This document shows positions 18,253 to 27,682 of a stretch of DNA of 64,000 bases, piece by piece (positions within the stretch are counted from its first letter, which is position 1; each line of letters starts with the position of its first letter). Both the position numbers and the translations under genes were made by a program. The notes below the pieces were generated by a model that made no database searches, was not told the DNA's origin, and saw nothing but the letters and a program-made list of their open reading frames with translations. Origin of the DNA: Candidatus Latescibacterota bacterium (GTDB lineage: Bacteria > Latescibacterota > UBA2968 > UBA8231); NCBI GenBank assembly GCA_965221775.1, contig CBDCSU010000004.1, positions 928,001 through 992,000 on the forward strand, in the 5' to 3' direction.

Positions 18253-19124
18253 CAGAGGACTCCGCCCTTGAAGAACCGGGCCACGTGGTCGCGGCCGCGG
18301 ATCAGCCCCTCCTGCTGCAGCAGGGGCGTGTCCCAGAAGTGGTGGTCCTCCAGCTCGACGCTGAGGACGCCGTCGTAGCCGATCTCCTGCAGGCGGCGCA
18401 CCACGACCTGCCAGTCCACCACGCCTTCGCCGGGGATCGTGTAGCGCCACCAGCCCTCGCCGAAGCCGTAGGTGCGCGAGTAGCTCTCGCCGAGGATGCC
18501 GCTCTCGTAGAGCTTCTCGGGCAGGATCTCCGTGTCCTTCAGGTGCACGTGGTGGACGCGGTCGCTGAACTCGTGGAGCAGGCGCAGGTGGTCGATCCGC
18601 AGGCGGACGAAGTGGGAGGGGTCGTAGCAGATCCCCAGGTTGGGGGACGGTACGGCCGCGAAGATGCGGCGCAGGCTCTCCGGGGTGCAGCCCAGGTTGC
18701 CGTACCAGGGAGCGCCCCCGGGCCACGGCTCGATGGCGATCTTCACCCCCACCTTCTCGGCGTGCTTCACCACCTTGGGGTAGACCTTCTCGAAGATCTC
18801 GAAGGTCTCGGCCCGGCTCTGCGTCGGCTCCGCCGGCGCCAGTACCGTGAAGCACGTCGTGCCGCCGTGGCGGGCGATGGCGGTCAGGTCCCTCTTGAGG
18901 GCGTTCAGGGCCTTGCGGCGCTGCGCCGCGTCGTTGGACAGCAGGCCCCCGCCGCGGACGTCGCAGGTGCCGATGGTCAGGTTCAGCTCCTCGCAGGTCC
19001 TCGCCATCTGCGCCGTCAGGGGCGGCGTGTCGACGGCGTCGAAGCCGTTCTCGGCGAGCCACTTGCAGTAGCCGTCGAAGCCGAGGTCCCGGGCGAATCC
19101 CGGCAGTCGCGTCCCGATCTTCAT
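18252..19124 (-). CDS. Sugar phosphate isomerase/epimerase (xylose isomerase-like TIM barrel)
   Basis: IAIEPW, GICYDPSHF, HVHLKDTE, YTIPGEGVVDW, LSVELED; strong RBS. Confidence 0.92.
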   Translation of the reverse strand: MKIGTRLPGFARDLGFDGYCKWLAENGFDAVDTPPLTAQMARTCEELNLTIGTCDVRGGGLLSNDAAQRRKALNALKRDLTAIARHGGTTCFTVLAPAEPTQSRAETFEIFEKVYPKVVKHAEKVGVKIAIEPWPGGAPWYGNLGCTPESLRRIFAAVPSPNLGICYDPSHFVRLRIDHLRLLHEFSDRVHHVHLKDTEILPEKLYESGILGESYSRTYGFGEGWWRYTIPGEGVVDWQVVVRRLQEIGYDGVLSVELEDHHFWDTPLLQQEGLIRGRDHVARFFKGGVL

Positions 19125-19154
19125 TCCTCTCCTCCCCCCTTGAAGCGGCAGGCA

Positions 19155-19183
19155 ACGGTGAGAGACGGCGGCAAACGTGTCAA
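19155..19183 (-). promoter_or_regulatory. Putative promoter of the epimerase-Gfo-Gfo-enolase operon
   Basis: TTGACA-17 nt-CACCGT. Confidence 0.5.
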
Positions 19184-19299
19184 GCGGTCTCGCCGCCGCA
19201 AGGGAGGGCTCATATCCTTGTTCACGAGCCCCCTCGCGCCGGCCGGCGCATGCACGGGCGACGCCACCTTCCCCGAGAATCGAAAGGACCGACCCCGCC

Positions 19300-20070
19300 A
19301 TGAATCTCGTCACCAGCGGTGACCGGGATCGCCGCGTCTTCGTCGGCGACCTGTCGCGCAAGGAGTTCCGCCAGCGCCTGGAAGCCGGCACCCTGGAGGC
19401 GGCGATCGTCCCCACCGCCGCCACCGAGCAGCACAACGAGCACATCGAGATGATCCACGACAGCCTGCACGCCACCTGGATGGCCGAGCAGGCCGCCCTG
19501 CGGCTCTACCCGCGGGCGGTGGTCACCTCGCCCGTCTGCGTCGGCGTTTCCGAGCACTGGATGGCCCACCGCGGCACCCTGACGGTGCGCCCCGAGATCT
19601 TCTGCGAGTACGTCTTCGACATCTGCCACTCCATGACCCGCGCCGGCGTGCGCAACGTGCTCATCCTCAACGGCCACGGCGGCAACGTGAAACCCCTGAT
19701 GCGCCGCATCGACGAGTACCGCGACCGCCTCGGCGCCGAGGTGAACCTGAGGTTCCAGTCGTACTGGGACGTGTACGACCCCGCCCTCGTGAGCGCCACC
19801 ATGGACCACCAGCGCCTGCCGGGGCACGCCGACGAGTTCGAGACCTCCACCATGCTCGTGCTGGCGCCCGAGCGCGTTCACGCCGACGACATCGAGGACG
19901 AGGCTTCGAGGGTTGCGAGCCGCGAGAAGGGAGAGAAGCTGCTGGAGCCCGCCGTGGCCGGGGTGGCCCGCGTCCTGGAACGGATGATCGCCGGCGAGGA
20001 GGTGGACCAGCCGCCGGTGACCTTCCGCGCCGGCGGCCGCACCCACATGATCACCAACGAGCCGGTCTGA
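19300..20070 (+). CDS. Creatininase family amidohydrolase (second paralog)
   Basis: VPTAATEQHNEHI..HD, GVSEHWMAHRGTL, NGHGGN, HADEFETS; AAAGGA RBS. Confidence 0.92.
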   Translation: MNLVTSGDRDRRVFVGDLSRKEFRQRLEAGTLEAAIVPTAATEQHNEHIEMIHDSLHATWMAEQAALRLYPRAVVTSPVCVGVSEHWMAHRGTLTVRPEIFCEYVFDICHSMTRAGVRNVLILNGHGGNVKPLMRRIDEYRDRLGAEVNLRFQSYWDVYDPALVSATMDHQRLPGHADEFETSTMLVLAPERVHADDIEDEASRVASREKGEKLLEPAVAGVARVLERMIAGEEVDQPPVTFRAGGRTHMITNEPV

Positions 20071-20082
20071 CCTGCGGCGGCC

Positions 20083-21120
20083 TCAGGGCCGCAGCACGAC
20101 CCCGAGAGCGCCCTGGGGGCGCTCCACCAGCTCGTCGACGGCGGCCGCGATCTGGTCGAGCCCGAAGCGGTGGGTGATCAGCGGTTCCACCCGCAGCCGG
20201 CCGTCGGCCATGGCCCGCAGGCACTCGGCCAGGTTGCGCCGCGTCGGCCACTCGACGAAGACCGGCGGATAGGCGCCGCCGTGCTCGTACTCCTCGTCGT
20301 GGTAGCCGGGGCCGGTGCGCGCGGCGCTGCGCACGTCGACGTTGCCCAGGGCGGCGGCGAAGCCGTGGCTGACGCGGGCCCCGCCGACGATGACGATGCG
20401 GCCCATGCGGTGGGTGTCCGGGGCGCGCTTGAGGGTGGCGGCGATGCGCTCGAAGGCGCCGGTGCCGTCGCCGCCGAAGGCGATGACGCCGAAGTCGATG
20501 CCGTAGCCGCCCGTGAACTCCGCCGCCAGGCCCTCCAGGTCGTCCTCCTCGCCGGAGACCGCCTCGAGGCCCAGCTCCCGCGCCAGCCGCCGGCGCAGCT
20601 CGAAGCGGTCCGCGCCCATCATGTGACACCCGGAGAGCTGTCCGAAGCGGGCCGTGAGCTGGCCCACCAGGCCGAGACCCATCACCAGGCCGTTCTCGCC
20701 GAAGACCGGGGCCGCGCGGCGGATGGCGTGCAGGGCGGTGGCCGCCAGGTGGGCGAAGGCGGCGGCCTCGAAGCTCACATCCCCGGGGATCGGCACGCTG
20801 AGATGGACGGGCACGTGGCAGCGGTCGGCGTGCAGGGCGTAGCCGCCTCCCATGCAGGCGATCCGGTCCCCCGCGGCGTACCCCTCCACCCCTTCCCCGA
20901 CCGCGGTGACGATCCCGGCGTTGGCGTACCCGAAGGGCCTGGGCGGCTGCTCCGGCCGCGGTTCCCGCCGCGTCGCCGGCACCCGGCCGACCTCCGAGCC
21001 CGGGCTGATCAGGGAGGCCCGCACCTCCACCTCGACCCGTCCGGCGGGCGGCGCCCCCAGCTCCTCCTCGATCAGCACGCCCTGGCCGAGCCCGTCGATG
21101 CAGGCGACTCTGCGGTTCAT
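20083..21120 (-). CDS. Medium-chain (zinc-binding dehydrogenase-like) oxidoreductase
   Basis: SLISPGSE, FGYANAG, GDRIAC, MGLGLVGQL, VEPLITHRF. Confidence 0.88.
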   Translation of the reverse strand: MNRRVACIDGLGQGVLIEEELGAPPAGRVEVEVRASLISPGSEVGRVPATRREPRPEQPPRPFGYANAGIVTAVGEGVEGYAAGDRIACMGGGYALHADRCHVPVHLSVPIPGDVSFEAAAFAHLAATALHAIRRAAPVFGENGLVMGLGLVGQLTARFGQLSGCHMMGADRFELRRRLARELGLEAVSGEEDDLEGLAAEFTGGYGIDFGVIAFGGDGTGAFERIAATLKRAPDTHRMGRIVIVGGARVSHGFAAALGNVDVRSAARTGPGYHDEEYEHGGAYPPVFVEWPTRRNLAECLRAMADGRLRVEPLITHRFGLDQIAAAVDELVERPQGALGVVLRP

Positions 21121-21124
21121 GGGG

Positions 21125-21895
21125 TCAGATGTTCGACTTGGACTGCCCGCCATCGACGTTGAGGCAGGCTCCCGTCACCCAGCTCGCCCGCCCGGAGGCC
21201 AGGAAGACCACGACGTCGGCGACCTCCTCCGGCGTGCCGAAGCGGCCGAAGGGGATGTTCTCCTCCACGAAGCGGCCGATCCCCTCGGGGTCCGCCTTCT
21301 GGCGGCGCTCCCAGCTGCCCCCCGGGAAGACGATCGACCCCGGGGCGACGCTGTTGACGCGCACCCCCTTGGGCGCCGCCTCGCGGGCGAGGTTGGCCGT
21401 CATGCTGATCATCGCCGCCTTGGCGGCGTTGTAGCTCACCGGCCCGCCGGTCTCCCGCCCGAAGATGGAGGAGACGTTGACGATGCTGCCCCCGCCCTGC
21501 TCCAGAGCGGCGAAGGCGGCCCGGGAGACGCGCACGGCGGAGAAGAAGCTCAGGTTGAAGACGTGGAGCCACTCGTCGTCGGTGATCTCGGCGAAGGGGG
21601 TCCACACCGACCCGCCGACGTTGTTCACCAGGACGTCGACGCCATCGAAGCGGGCCACGGCGGTGTCGACGAACCCCCCGGCGTCCTCGGTGCGCGCCAT
21701 GTCGCCGACGTAGTGGGCCACGTCCGCGGCGCCGGCCGCGGCCACCGCCTCGGCCGCGGCCGTCAGGGTCTCCTCGGTGCGGCCGCTGAGGCAGAGCCTG
21801 GCCCCCTCGGCGGCGAAGGCGAGGGCGATGCGGTGGCCGATGCCCCGGCTGGCGCCGCTCACCAGCACCGACTTGCCCTCGAGTCCCAGATCCAT
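21125..21895 (-). CDS. Short-chain dehydrogenase/reductase
   Basis: SGASRGIG, LVNNVG, YNAAKAA (YxxxK), VNSVAPGSI, VDGG. Confidence 0.94.
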   Translation of the reverse strand: MDLGLEGKSVLVSGASRGIGHRIALAFAAEGARLCLSGRTEETLTAAAEAVAAAGAADVAHYVGDMARTEDAGGFVDTAVARFDGVDVLVNNVGGSVWTPFAEITDDEWLHVFNLSFFSAVRVSRAAFAALEQGGGSIVNVSSIFGRETGGPVSYNAAKAAMISMTANLAREAAPKGVRVNSVAPGSIVFPGGSWERRQKADPEGIGRFVEENIPFGRFGTPEEVADVVVFLASGRASWVTGACLNVDGGQSKSNI

Positions 21896-21918
21896 GTTCC
21901 GTCCCTCTCGTGATGGCC

Positions 21919-22914
21919 TCAACCGTGGGGCTGCAGGGCCCCCGGGTTGACCGTGAAGAGCGCCGTCACGTACACGGCGCAGAGTACCAGCAGAACGATC
22001 CCCTTCCAGCGCTCGAAGCGGTGCCCGATCCGCATCAGGCCCAGCATGGTGAAGACGATGACGAGCATGGCGGGGAACATGAAGTGGATCACGTCCTCTT
22101 CGACGACGAGGTCGTTCACCACCGCCGAGGCCCCGGCGATCCAGCAGATGTTGAGGATGTCCGCCCCGAGGATGTTGCCCACCGCCAGGCTCCCCTGCCG
22201 CTTGCGCGCCGCCGCGATGCAGGTGGCGACCTCGGGGATCGACGTCCCCAGGGCGACGACGAGGAGGGCGATGATGACGTCCGAGACGCCCATGGCGACG
22301 GCCAGGACGGGCGCCGCGACGACGATCCCCTCGCTGCTGACGAGCACCCCGGCCAGTCCGATCACGAGCAGCAGCAGCAGGCGCGGCCAGGAGCGGGGAG
22401 GCTCGCTCAGGTCCACCTCCTCCTCGCTCACCGGATGGCCGCGGCGCTCCAGGTAGGCGTACACGAGGTAGGCGAAGAACCCGAGGACCAGGATGCCCCC
22501 CTCCCAGCGCACCAGGTCGCCGTCGGCGGACATCCAGTAGGCCCCGAGATGGGCGGCGATGAGGAAGATGGCGGCCGAGCGCAGGACGATGCGGTCGATC
22601 ATCACCACCACCGGCGAGAACAGGGCGACCATGGGCAGGGCCAGGCCGTCGTCGTAGATCACCGAGCCGACGGCGTTGCCGAGGGCGATCTCGGCGCGGC
22701 CCTCGAGAGCCGCGCGCACCGAGACGGCCAGCTCCGGGGAGGTGGTGCCGAGGCTGACCACGGCGATGCCGATGAGGATCGGCGGCACCCGCAGGCGCCG
22801 GGCCATGTCGGCGGCCCCGTCGACCATCCAGTCGGCGCACTTCACCAGGACGGCGAAGCAGGCCGCCATCAGGACCAGCGCACCCCATACTCCCTGTGAT
22901 GCGAGCCACTCCAT
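21919..22914 (-). CDS. Calcium/sodium antiporter (CaCA, YrbG-like)
   Basis: Two alpha repeats, LGTTSPEL...GNAVGS and LGTSIPEV...GNILGA; about 10 TM segments. Confidence 0.92.
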   Translation of the reverse strand: MEWLASQGVWGALVLMAACFAVLVKCADWMVDGAADMARRLRVPPILIGIAVVSLGTTSPELAVSVRAALEGRAEIALGNAVGSVIYDDGLALPMVALFSPVVVMIDRIVLRSAAIFLIAAHLGAYWMSADGDLVRWEGGILVLGFFAYLVYAYLERRGHPVSEEEVDLSEPPRSWPRLLLLLVIGLAGVLVSSEGIVVAAPVLAVAMGVSDVIIALLVVALGTSIPEVATCIAAARKRQGSLAVGNILGADILNICWIAGASAVVNDLVVEEDVIHFMFPAMLVIVFTMLGLMRIGHRFERWKGIVLLVLCAVYVTALFTVNPGALQPHG

Positions 22915-22945
22915 TCGACCTCTTTCGGTGGGGGAAGGGGCGCTG

Positions 22946-22974
22946 AACCTACCCCGCCCCCCACAGGGTGTCAA
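22946..22974 (-). promoter_or_regulatory. sigma70 promoter of the antiporter-SDR-MDR operon
   Basis: TTGACA-17 nt-TAGGTT. Confidence 0.7.
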
Positions 22975-22984
22975 GAATCCGCAA

Positions 22985-23028
22985 AAGGAATAATTATTAT
23001 TGTCCAAGGCATAATTATTCCATAGTTT
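22985..23028 (+). promoter_or_regulatory. Tandem ARG boxes (ArgR operator) overlapping the argG promoter
   Basis: 18-bp boxes AAGGAATAATTATTATTG (22985-23002) and AAGGCATAATTATTCCAT (23006-23023), 3 bp apart; promoter TTGTCC(23000)-17 nt-TAGTTT(23023-23028); directly upstream of argG. Confidence 0.8.
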
Positions 23029-23071
23029 TCCCGCCTGATCCTTCCCCCCGAGACCGGAGTTGCGGCAACCC

Positions 23072-24310
23072 ATGAACCTCCAGGATCTGAACGGAAGCCG
23101 TCTCCTCATGGCGGCCTCCGGCGGCCTCGACAGCTGCACCATCACCCATTGGCTCACCCGGCACGGCGTCGAGGTGGTAGCCTACACGGCCGACCTCGGC
23201 CAGCCCGACGAGGAGGACATGGACGACGTCGGCGAGCGCATGCTCGCCTGCGGCGCCCGGGAGATGATCCTCGCCGACCTGCGGCCCGAGATCGCCGAAG
23301 CCGGGTTCCAGCTGCTGCGCTGCGGCGCCCGCTACGAGGGGGGCTACTGGAACACCACCGGCATCGCCCGCCACGTCGTCGTCGCCGGCATGGTCCCCGA
23401 GATGGAGCGCCGCGGCATCGCCCTGCTCTCCCACGGCGCCACGGGCCGCGGCAACGACCAGGTGCGGTTCGAGCTGGCGGCGCAGATGCTCAGCCCCGGC
23501 CTCCGCGTCTACGCCCCGTGGCGGGACCCCGCCTTCCTCGAGGCCTTCGGCGGCCGCAGGGAGATGATCGAGTACTGCCAGGCCCACGGACTGCCGGTGA
23601 AGGCCACCCTCGAGAAGCCGTACTCCACCGACGCCAACGTCCTCGGCCTGACCCACGAGGCCGGGGAGCTGGAGTCCCTGGAGGCGTCGCCGGCCCTCGT
23701 GGAGCCGGGCATGGGCGTCTTCCCCGCCCGGGCACCGGAGGAGGCGCGCTGCGTCGAGGTCCGCTTCGAGGAGGGACGTCCCGTCGCCCTCGACGGACAG
23801 GCCCTGGAAGGGTTCGAGATGATGCGGGCGGCCAACGAGATCGCCGGCGCCCACGGCGTCGGCATCGGACTGCACGCGGTGGAGAACCGCTTCGTCGGCC
23901 TCAAGTCACGGGGCGTGTACGAGGCCCCCGGCCTCGAGCTGTTGGGCCAGTGCTACGAGTACCTCCTGCAGCTGGTCCTCGACCGGCGCAGCCGCCGCTG
24001 CCACGCCCAGGTGAGCGGGTGGATCGCCGAGCAGGTCTACCAGGGCTACTGGTTCGACACGGCGACGCAGGCCTGCCGCGCCTTCGTCGATCACCTGGCG
24101 CGGCTGGCCACGGGCACGATCCGCGTCAGCCTCTACAAGGGGACGGTGCAGTTCGCCTCGGCCGCCGACGTGCCCCACTCCCTCTACCGCGAGGACGCCG
24201 CCTCCATGGAGGCGGTGGGCGACTTCGACCACCGCGACTCGACCGGTTTCCTCGGCGTCCTCGGCGTCAGCGCCCGCATCCTCAGCCAGGCGGACCAGAT
24301 CGAGCGCTGA
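23072..24310 (+). CDS. argG: Argininosuccinate synthase
   Basis: AASGGLDS, HGATGRGNDQVRF, YAPWRD, YSTDANVLG, ENRFVGLKSRGVYEAPG. Confidence 0.96.
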   Translation: MNLQDLNGSRLLMAASGGLDSCTITHWLTRHGVEVVAYTADLGQPDEEDMDDVGERMLACGAREMILADLRPEIAEAGFQLLRCGARYEGGYWNTTGIARHVVVAGMVPEMERRGIALLSHGATGRGNDQVRFELAAQMLSPGLRVYAPWRDPAFLEAFGGRREMIEYCQAHGLPVKATLEKPYSTDANVLGLTHEAGELESLEASPALVEPGMGVFPARAPEEARCVEVRFEEGRPVALDGQALEGFEMMRAANEIAGAHGVGIGLHAVENRFVGLKSRGVYEAPGLELLGQCYEYLLQLVLDRRSRRCHAQVSGWIAEQVYQGYWFDTATQACRAFVDHLARLATGTIRVSLYKGTVQFASAADVPHSLYREDAASMEAVGDFDHRDSTGFLGVLGVSARILSQADQIER

Positions 24311-24313
24311 CGG

Positions 24314-25129
24314 TCAGACCGCCTCGGCCACCCAGACCTGCTCGCCGTGGCCGGGGTACGGCCGCCCGTCGAAGCCGCCCCAGAGCGCCACCGGCCGGAA
24401 TCCGGCCGCCTCCAGGAGCCACTCCATCTCGTAGCGGAAGGTGTAGCGCAGCACCAGCTCGCCGCGCTCGGTGCAGGCGACCCCGCCGTCGGCGCCGAGA
24501 CTCTGGAAGTGGAACTCCTGCCGCAGGAGCTGCTCGGCCAGGTCGTACTCCCGCCGGTAGCGGACGCGGACCGTCCTCCCCTCCCGGTCGGTGAACTCCG
24601 TGTCCACGGGAAGCTGGTCGACGGCGGTCTCCGGCGGCGGCCCCCGGCTCACCACGGCCTCCAGGTCGAGGGTGGGATCGAACTGGTTGAGGGCCAGGCG
24701 GCCGCCGGGTTGCAGCAAGTCGTGGAATCCTGCGAGGGCGGCGAACTGGTCGGCAGGCGTGAGCAGGTGCTGGAAGGTGCGGTACGGCAGGCTGACGAGC
24801 CGGAAGGGGCCGGACAGCTCCGGCGGGTCCCGCATGTCCCCCTGGAGCAGGGTGAGGCGCGCGGCGGCTTCGGGGGACAGGGCCGCGGCCCCGGCCCGGG
24901 CGGCGGCCAGCATCTCGGGAGAGACCTCGAGACCGGTGGCCGCGAGGCCGGCGGCGGCCACCGGGAAGAGGGTGCGGCCGGTGCCGCAGCCCGGCTCCAG
25001 GACCGGCCCCCCGCACTCGACGGCGAGGGCCCGGTAGAACTCGACCTCGCCGGGCAGGCCGGTGTCGTAGCGGTCGTAGTGCCGGGCCAGCGGCCCGGAG
25101 TACCCGCCTCCTGCGGCGTCCCCGCTCAG
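24314..25129 (-). CDS. Class I SAM-dependent methyltransferase (probable CTG start)
   Basis: [53 protein letters not shown] lies 7 nt before a CTG that overlaps the mdh stop. Confidence 0.88.
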   Translation of the reverse strand: MSGDAAGGGYSGPLARHYDRYDTGLPGEVEFYRALAVECGGPVLEPGCGTGRTLFPVAAAGLAATGLEVSPEMLAAARAGAAALSPEAAARLTLLQGDMRDPPELSGPFRLVSLPYRTFQHLLTPADQFAALAGFHDLLQPGGRLALNQFDPTLDLEAVVSRGPPPETAVDQLPVDTEFTDREGRTVRVRYRREYDLAEQLLRQEFHFQSLGADGGVACTERGELVLRYTFRYEMEWLLEAAGFRPVALWGGFDGRPYPGHGEQVWVAEAV

Positions 25130-26112
25130 AGAAGGTCCTCCACGACGGCGCGCTCCTCTAGGAGCTCGTCCTCGGTGGCCTTGATCCTGCCGCGGGCGAA
25201 CTCGCTCAGCTCCAGGCCCTGCACGACCTCGATGCCTCCGCGGCCGTCGGAGCGCACCGGGAAAGAGAACACCAGGCCCTCGTCGATGCCGTAGCTGCCC
25301 GTGGAGGCAACCGCCGCCGAGAAGAACTCGCCCTCGGGAGTGGCCTGAAGGACGCTGCGCACGTGATCGAGGGCGGCGTTGGCCGCCGAGGCGGCACTCG
25401 ACAGGCCGCGGGCGGCGATCACCTCGGCGCCGCGCTGCTGCACGGTCTGGATGAAATCGCCCTGGAGCCAGCCCACGTGGCCGATGACCTCGGTGCACGG
25501 GCGCCCGCGGACCCTCGCGTTCTCCGCGTCGGGGTACTGGGTGGCGGAGTGGTTCCCCCAGATCGCCACGTTCGTCACCTCGGCCACCGGGACCCCCGCC
25601 TTGATCGCCAGCTGGGCCTGGGCCCGGTTCTGGTCGAGGCGGGTCATGGCGTGGAAGCGCTCCTTCGGGATTCCGCCCCGCACCCCGTGATGCATGGCGA
25701 TGAGGCAGTTCGTATTGGCCGGGTTGCCGACGACGAGGACCCGCACGTCGGAGGCGGCGCGGGCCAGGGCCTGGCCCTGGCCGACGAAGATCGGACCGTT
25801 CTCACGGATCAGGTCGCCGCGCTCCATGCCCTTGCCGCGCGGCTTGGAGCCGATCAGCAGCCCCCAGTTGACCCCGTCGAAGGCCTCCCTGGCATCGTCG
25901 GTGACGCGGATGTCGTCGAGGAGCGGGAAGGCGCAGTCCTGCAGCTCCATCACCACGCCTTCGAGGGCGGGCAGGGCCGGGGTGATCTCGAGCAGGTGCA
26001 GGGCCACGCGCGTGTCGTGGCCGAAGACCTCCCCCGAGGCCAGGCGGGGAAGGATGGCGTATCCGATCTGTCCGGCGGCGCCGGTGACGGCAACGCGTAC
26101 GGTGCGTGGCAT
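25126..26112 (-). CDS. mdh: Malate dehydrogenase (type 2, cytosolic-like)
   Basis: [63 protein letters not shown]. Confidence 0.97.
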   Translation of the reverse strand: MPRTVRVAVTGAAGQIGYAILPRLASGEVFGHDTRVALHLLEITPALPALEGVVMELQDCAFPLLDDIRVTDDAREAFDGVNWGLLIGSKPRGKGMERGDLIRENGPIFVGQGQALARAASDVRVLVVGNPANTNCLIAMHHGVRGGIPKERFHAMTRLDQNRAQAQLAIKAGVPVAEVTNVAIWGNHSATQYPDAENARVRGRPCTEVIGHVGWLQGDFIQTVQQRGAEVIAARGLSSAASAANAALDHVRSVLQATPEGEFFSAAVASTGSYGIDEGLVFSFPVRSDGRGGIEVVQGLELSEFARGRIKATEDELLEERAVVEDLL

Positions 26113-26304
26113 GCGGTGCGAGCTCCTGTCGTGGTTGGGGCGCGGCCTTCCGGCGGGCCGGGAACCGCGCCGGGGGGCTGCCGGGAGGGGGGACAGAAAA
26201 TCCGCCCAGTCCCATCCGCAGGCAAGGAGGCGCCCGCCGCTATCGGCTGCCGGGGGCCCTGCCTATACTGTGGCCCAACCCTGGCGAAAGGACGAGACCC
26301 CACC

Positions 26305-27474
26305 ATGGCGCCACCTTCCCTTCTGCTGTGCGGCGGGCACGTGATCGACCCGCGCAACGGCGTCGACGGCCCGGCCGACGTGGCCGTCGTCGACGGCCTG
26401 ATCCATGCCGTGGGACCCGGCCTCGGCTTCGAGGCCGACAAGAGAGTCGACGTGAGCGGCCTCTGCGTCACCCCGGGGCTGATCGACATCCACGTGCACG
26501 TGTACGGCGGCTACGGGGGATGGATGTTCCCCGACCCCCACTCCCTGCCCAACGGCGTGACCACCGTCGTCGACACCGGCGGCTCCGGGTGGCAGGACCT
26601 CGACGACTTCGTGGCCACCATCATCCAACCCGCCTCCACCCGGGTCCTGGCCCTCGTCAACATCGTCGGCGCCGGCATGACGGGCGCCCCCGAGCAGGAT
26701 GTCCGCGAGATGGAGCCCGGGCCCTGCGCCGAGGCCGTGCGCCGCCATGCCGAGCACTGCGTGGGCACCAAGTCCGCCCACTTCGGGGGCCCCGGGTGGG
26801 AGTCGGCGGGCGGCGCCATCGAGGCCGCCCGGCTCTCCGACTCGATCGCCATGATCGACTTCGCCCCCCAGCCGACGCGCAGCTACCGGGAGCTGCTCGA
26901 GCGCATGAGCCCGGGCGACATCCACACCCACCTCTACGCCGCCCACATCCCCCTCCTCGACGACGAGTCCCGGGTCAACGGCTACGTGAGAGAGGCGCGC
27001 GAGCGCGGCGTCCTCTTCGACACCGGCCACGGCAACGGCAGCTTCTGGTTCCGCATCGCCGTGGCCGCCATGGAACAGGGCTTCCCGCCCGACACGATCA
27101 GCACCGACCTGCACAAGGCCAGCCGCATGCTGCCCAACGCCACCATGCCGGTGACCATGTCCAAGTACCTCGCCCTCGGCATGCCGCTGCAGGAGGTGGT
27201 GGACCGCTCCACGCAGAAGGCGGCCGAAGCGATCCGCCGCCCCGAACTGGGCCATCTGACGCCGGGCTCCGAGGCCGACCTGGCCGTCTTCGCCGTGCAC
27301 GAGGGCGATTTCGGGTTCGTCGACTCGGGCCGGGCGCGCATGGACGGCCGCCACAGGCTGGAGTGCGAGCTCACCCTGCGGGCCGGGCGGATCGTGTGGG
27401 ATCTCAACGGCCGCAGCCGCCCCTCCTGGGACGATCTCGGCGACTACCGCAGCTCGGAGCAGGACCACCCCTGA
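26305..27474 (+). CDS. Amidohydrolase/deacetylase family metallohydrolase (dihydroorotase-like)
   Basis: GGHVIDP, PGLIDIHVH, GVTTVVDTG, PGDIHTH, FDTGHGNGSF, PDTISTDLH. Confidence 0.92.
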   Translation: MAPPSLLLCGGHVIDPRNGVDGPADVAVVDGLIHAVGPGLGFEADKRVDVSGLCVTPGLIDIHVHVYGGYGGWMFPDPHSLPNGVTTVVDTGGSGWQDLDDFVATIIQPASTRVLALVNIVGAGMTGAPEQDVREMEPGPCAEAVRRHAEHCVGTKSAHFGGPGWESAGGAIEAARLSDSIAMIDFAPQPTRSYRELLERMSPGDIHTHLYAAHIPLLDDESRVNGYVREARERGVLFDTGHGNGSFWFRIAVAAMEQGFPPDTISTDLHKASRMLPNATMPVTMSKYLALGMPLQEVVDRSTQKAAEAIRRPELGHLTPGSEADLAVFAVHEGDFGFVDSGRARMDGRHRLECELTLRAGRIVWDLNGRSRPSWDDLGDYRSSEQDHP

Positions 27475-27478
27475 CGTG

Positions 27479-27507
27479 TTGACAGATCGGTGAGGCGGGG
27501 CGAGGTT
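27479..27507 (+). promoter_or_regulatory. Putative promoter of tRNA-Tyr
   Basis: TTGACA-17 nt-GAGGTT. Confidence 0.5.
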
Positions 27508-27544
27508 TGCGTGCTCGCCCGGCCCCGGGCGAGCGGTCCATCGG

Positions 27545-27630
27545 GGGGAGATACCCAAGCGGTCAACGGGGGCAGACTGTAAATCTGCTGGCGTACGCCT
27601 TCGCAGGTTCGAATCCTGCTCTCCCCACCA
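27545..27630 (+). tRNA. tRNA-Tyr (anticodon GTA)
   Basis: GGGGAGATACCCAAGCGGTCAACGGGGGCAGACTGTAAATCTGCTGGCGTACGCCTTCGCAGGTTCGAATCCTGCTCTCCCCACCA: long variable arm and encoded CCA. Confidence 0.97.
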
Positions 27631-27682
27631 CTTCTCCTGCTGCACCCACTCCGAAGACAGCACCCCGCCGGCGGGCGTCGGC

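Noticed and set aside
14805-27630. Genomic island integrated at tRNA-Lys or tRNA-Tyr
   Set aside because: No integrase, no duplicated tRNA 3' end found and no compositional shift; housekeeping genes lie in between.
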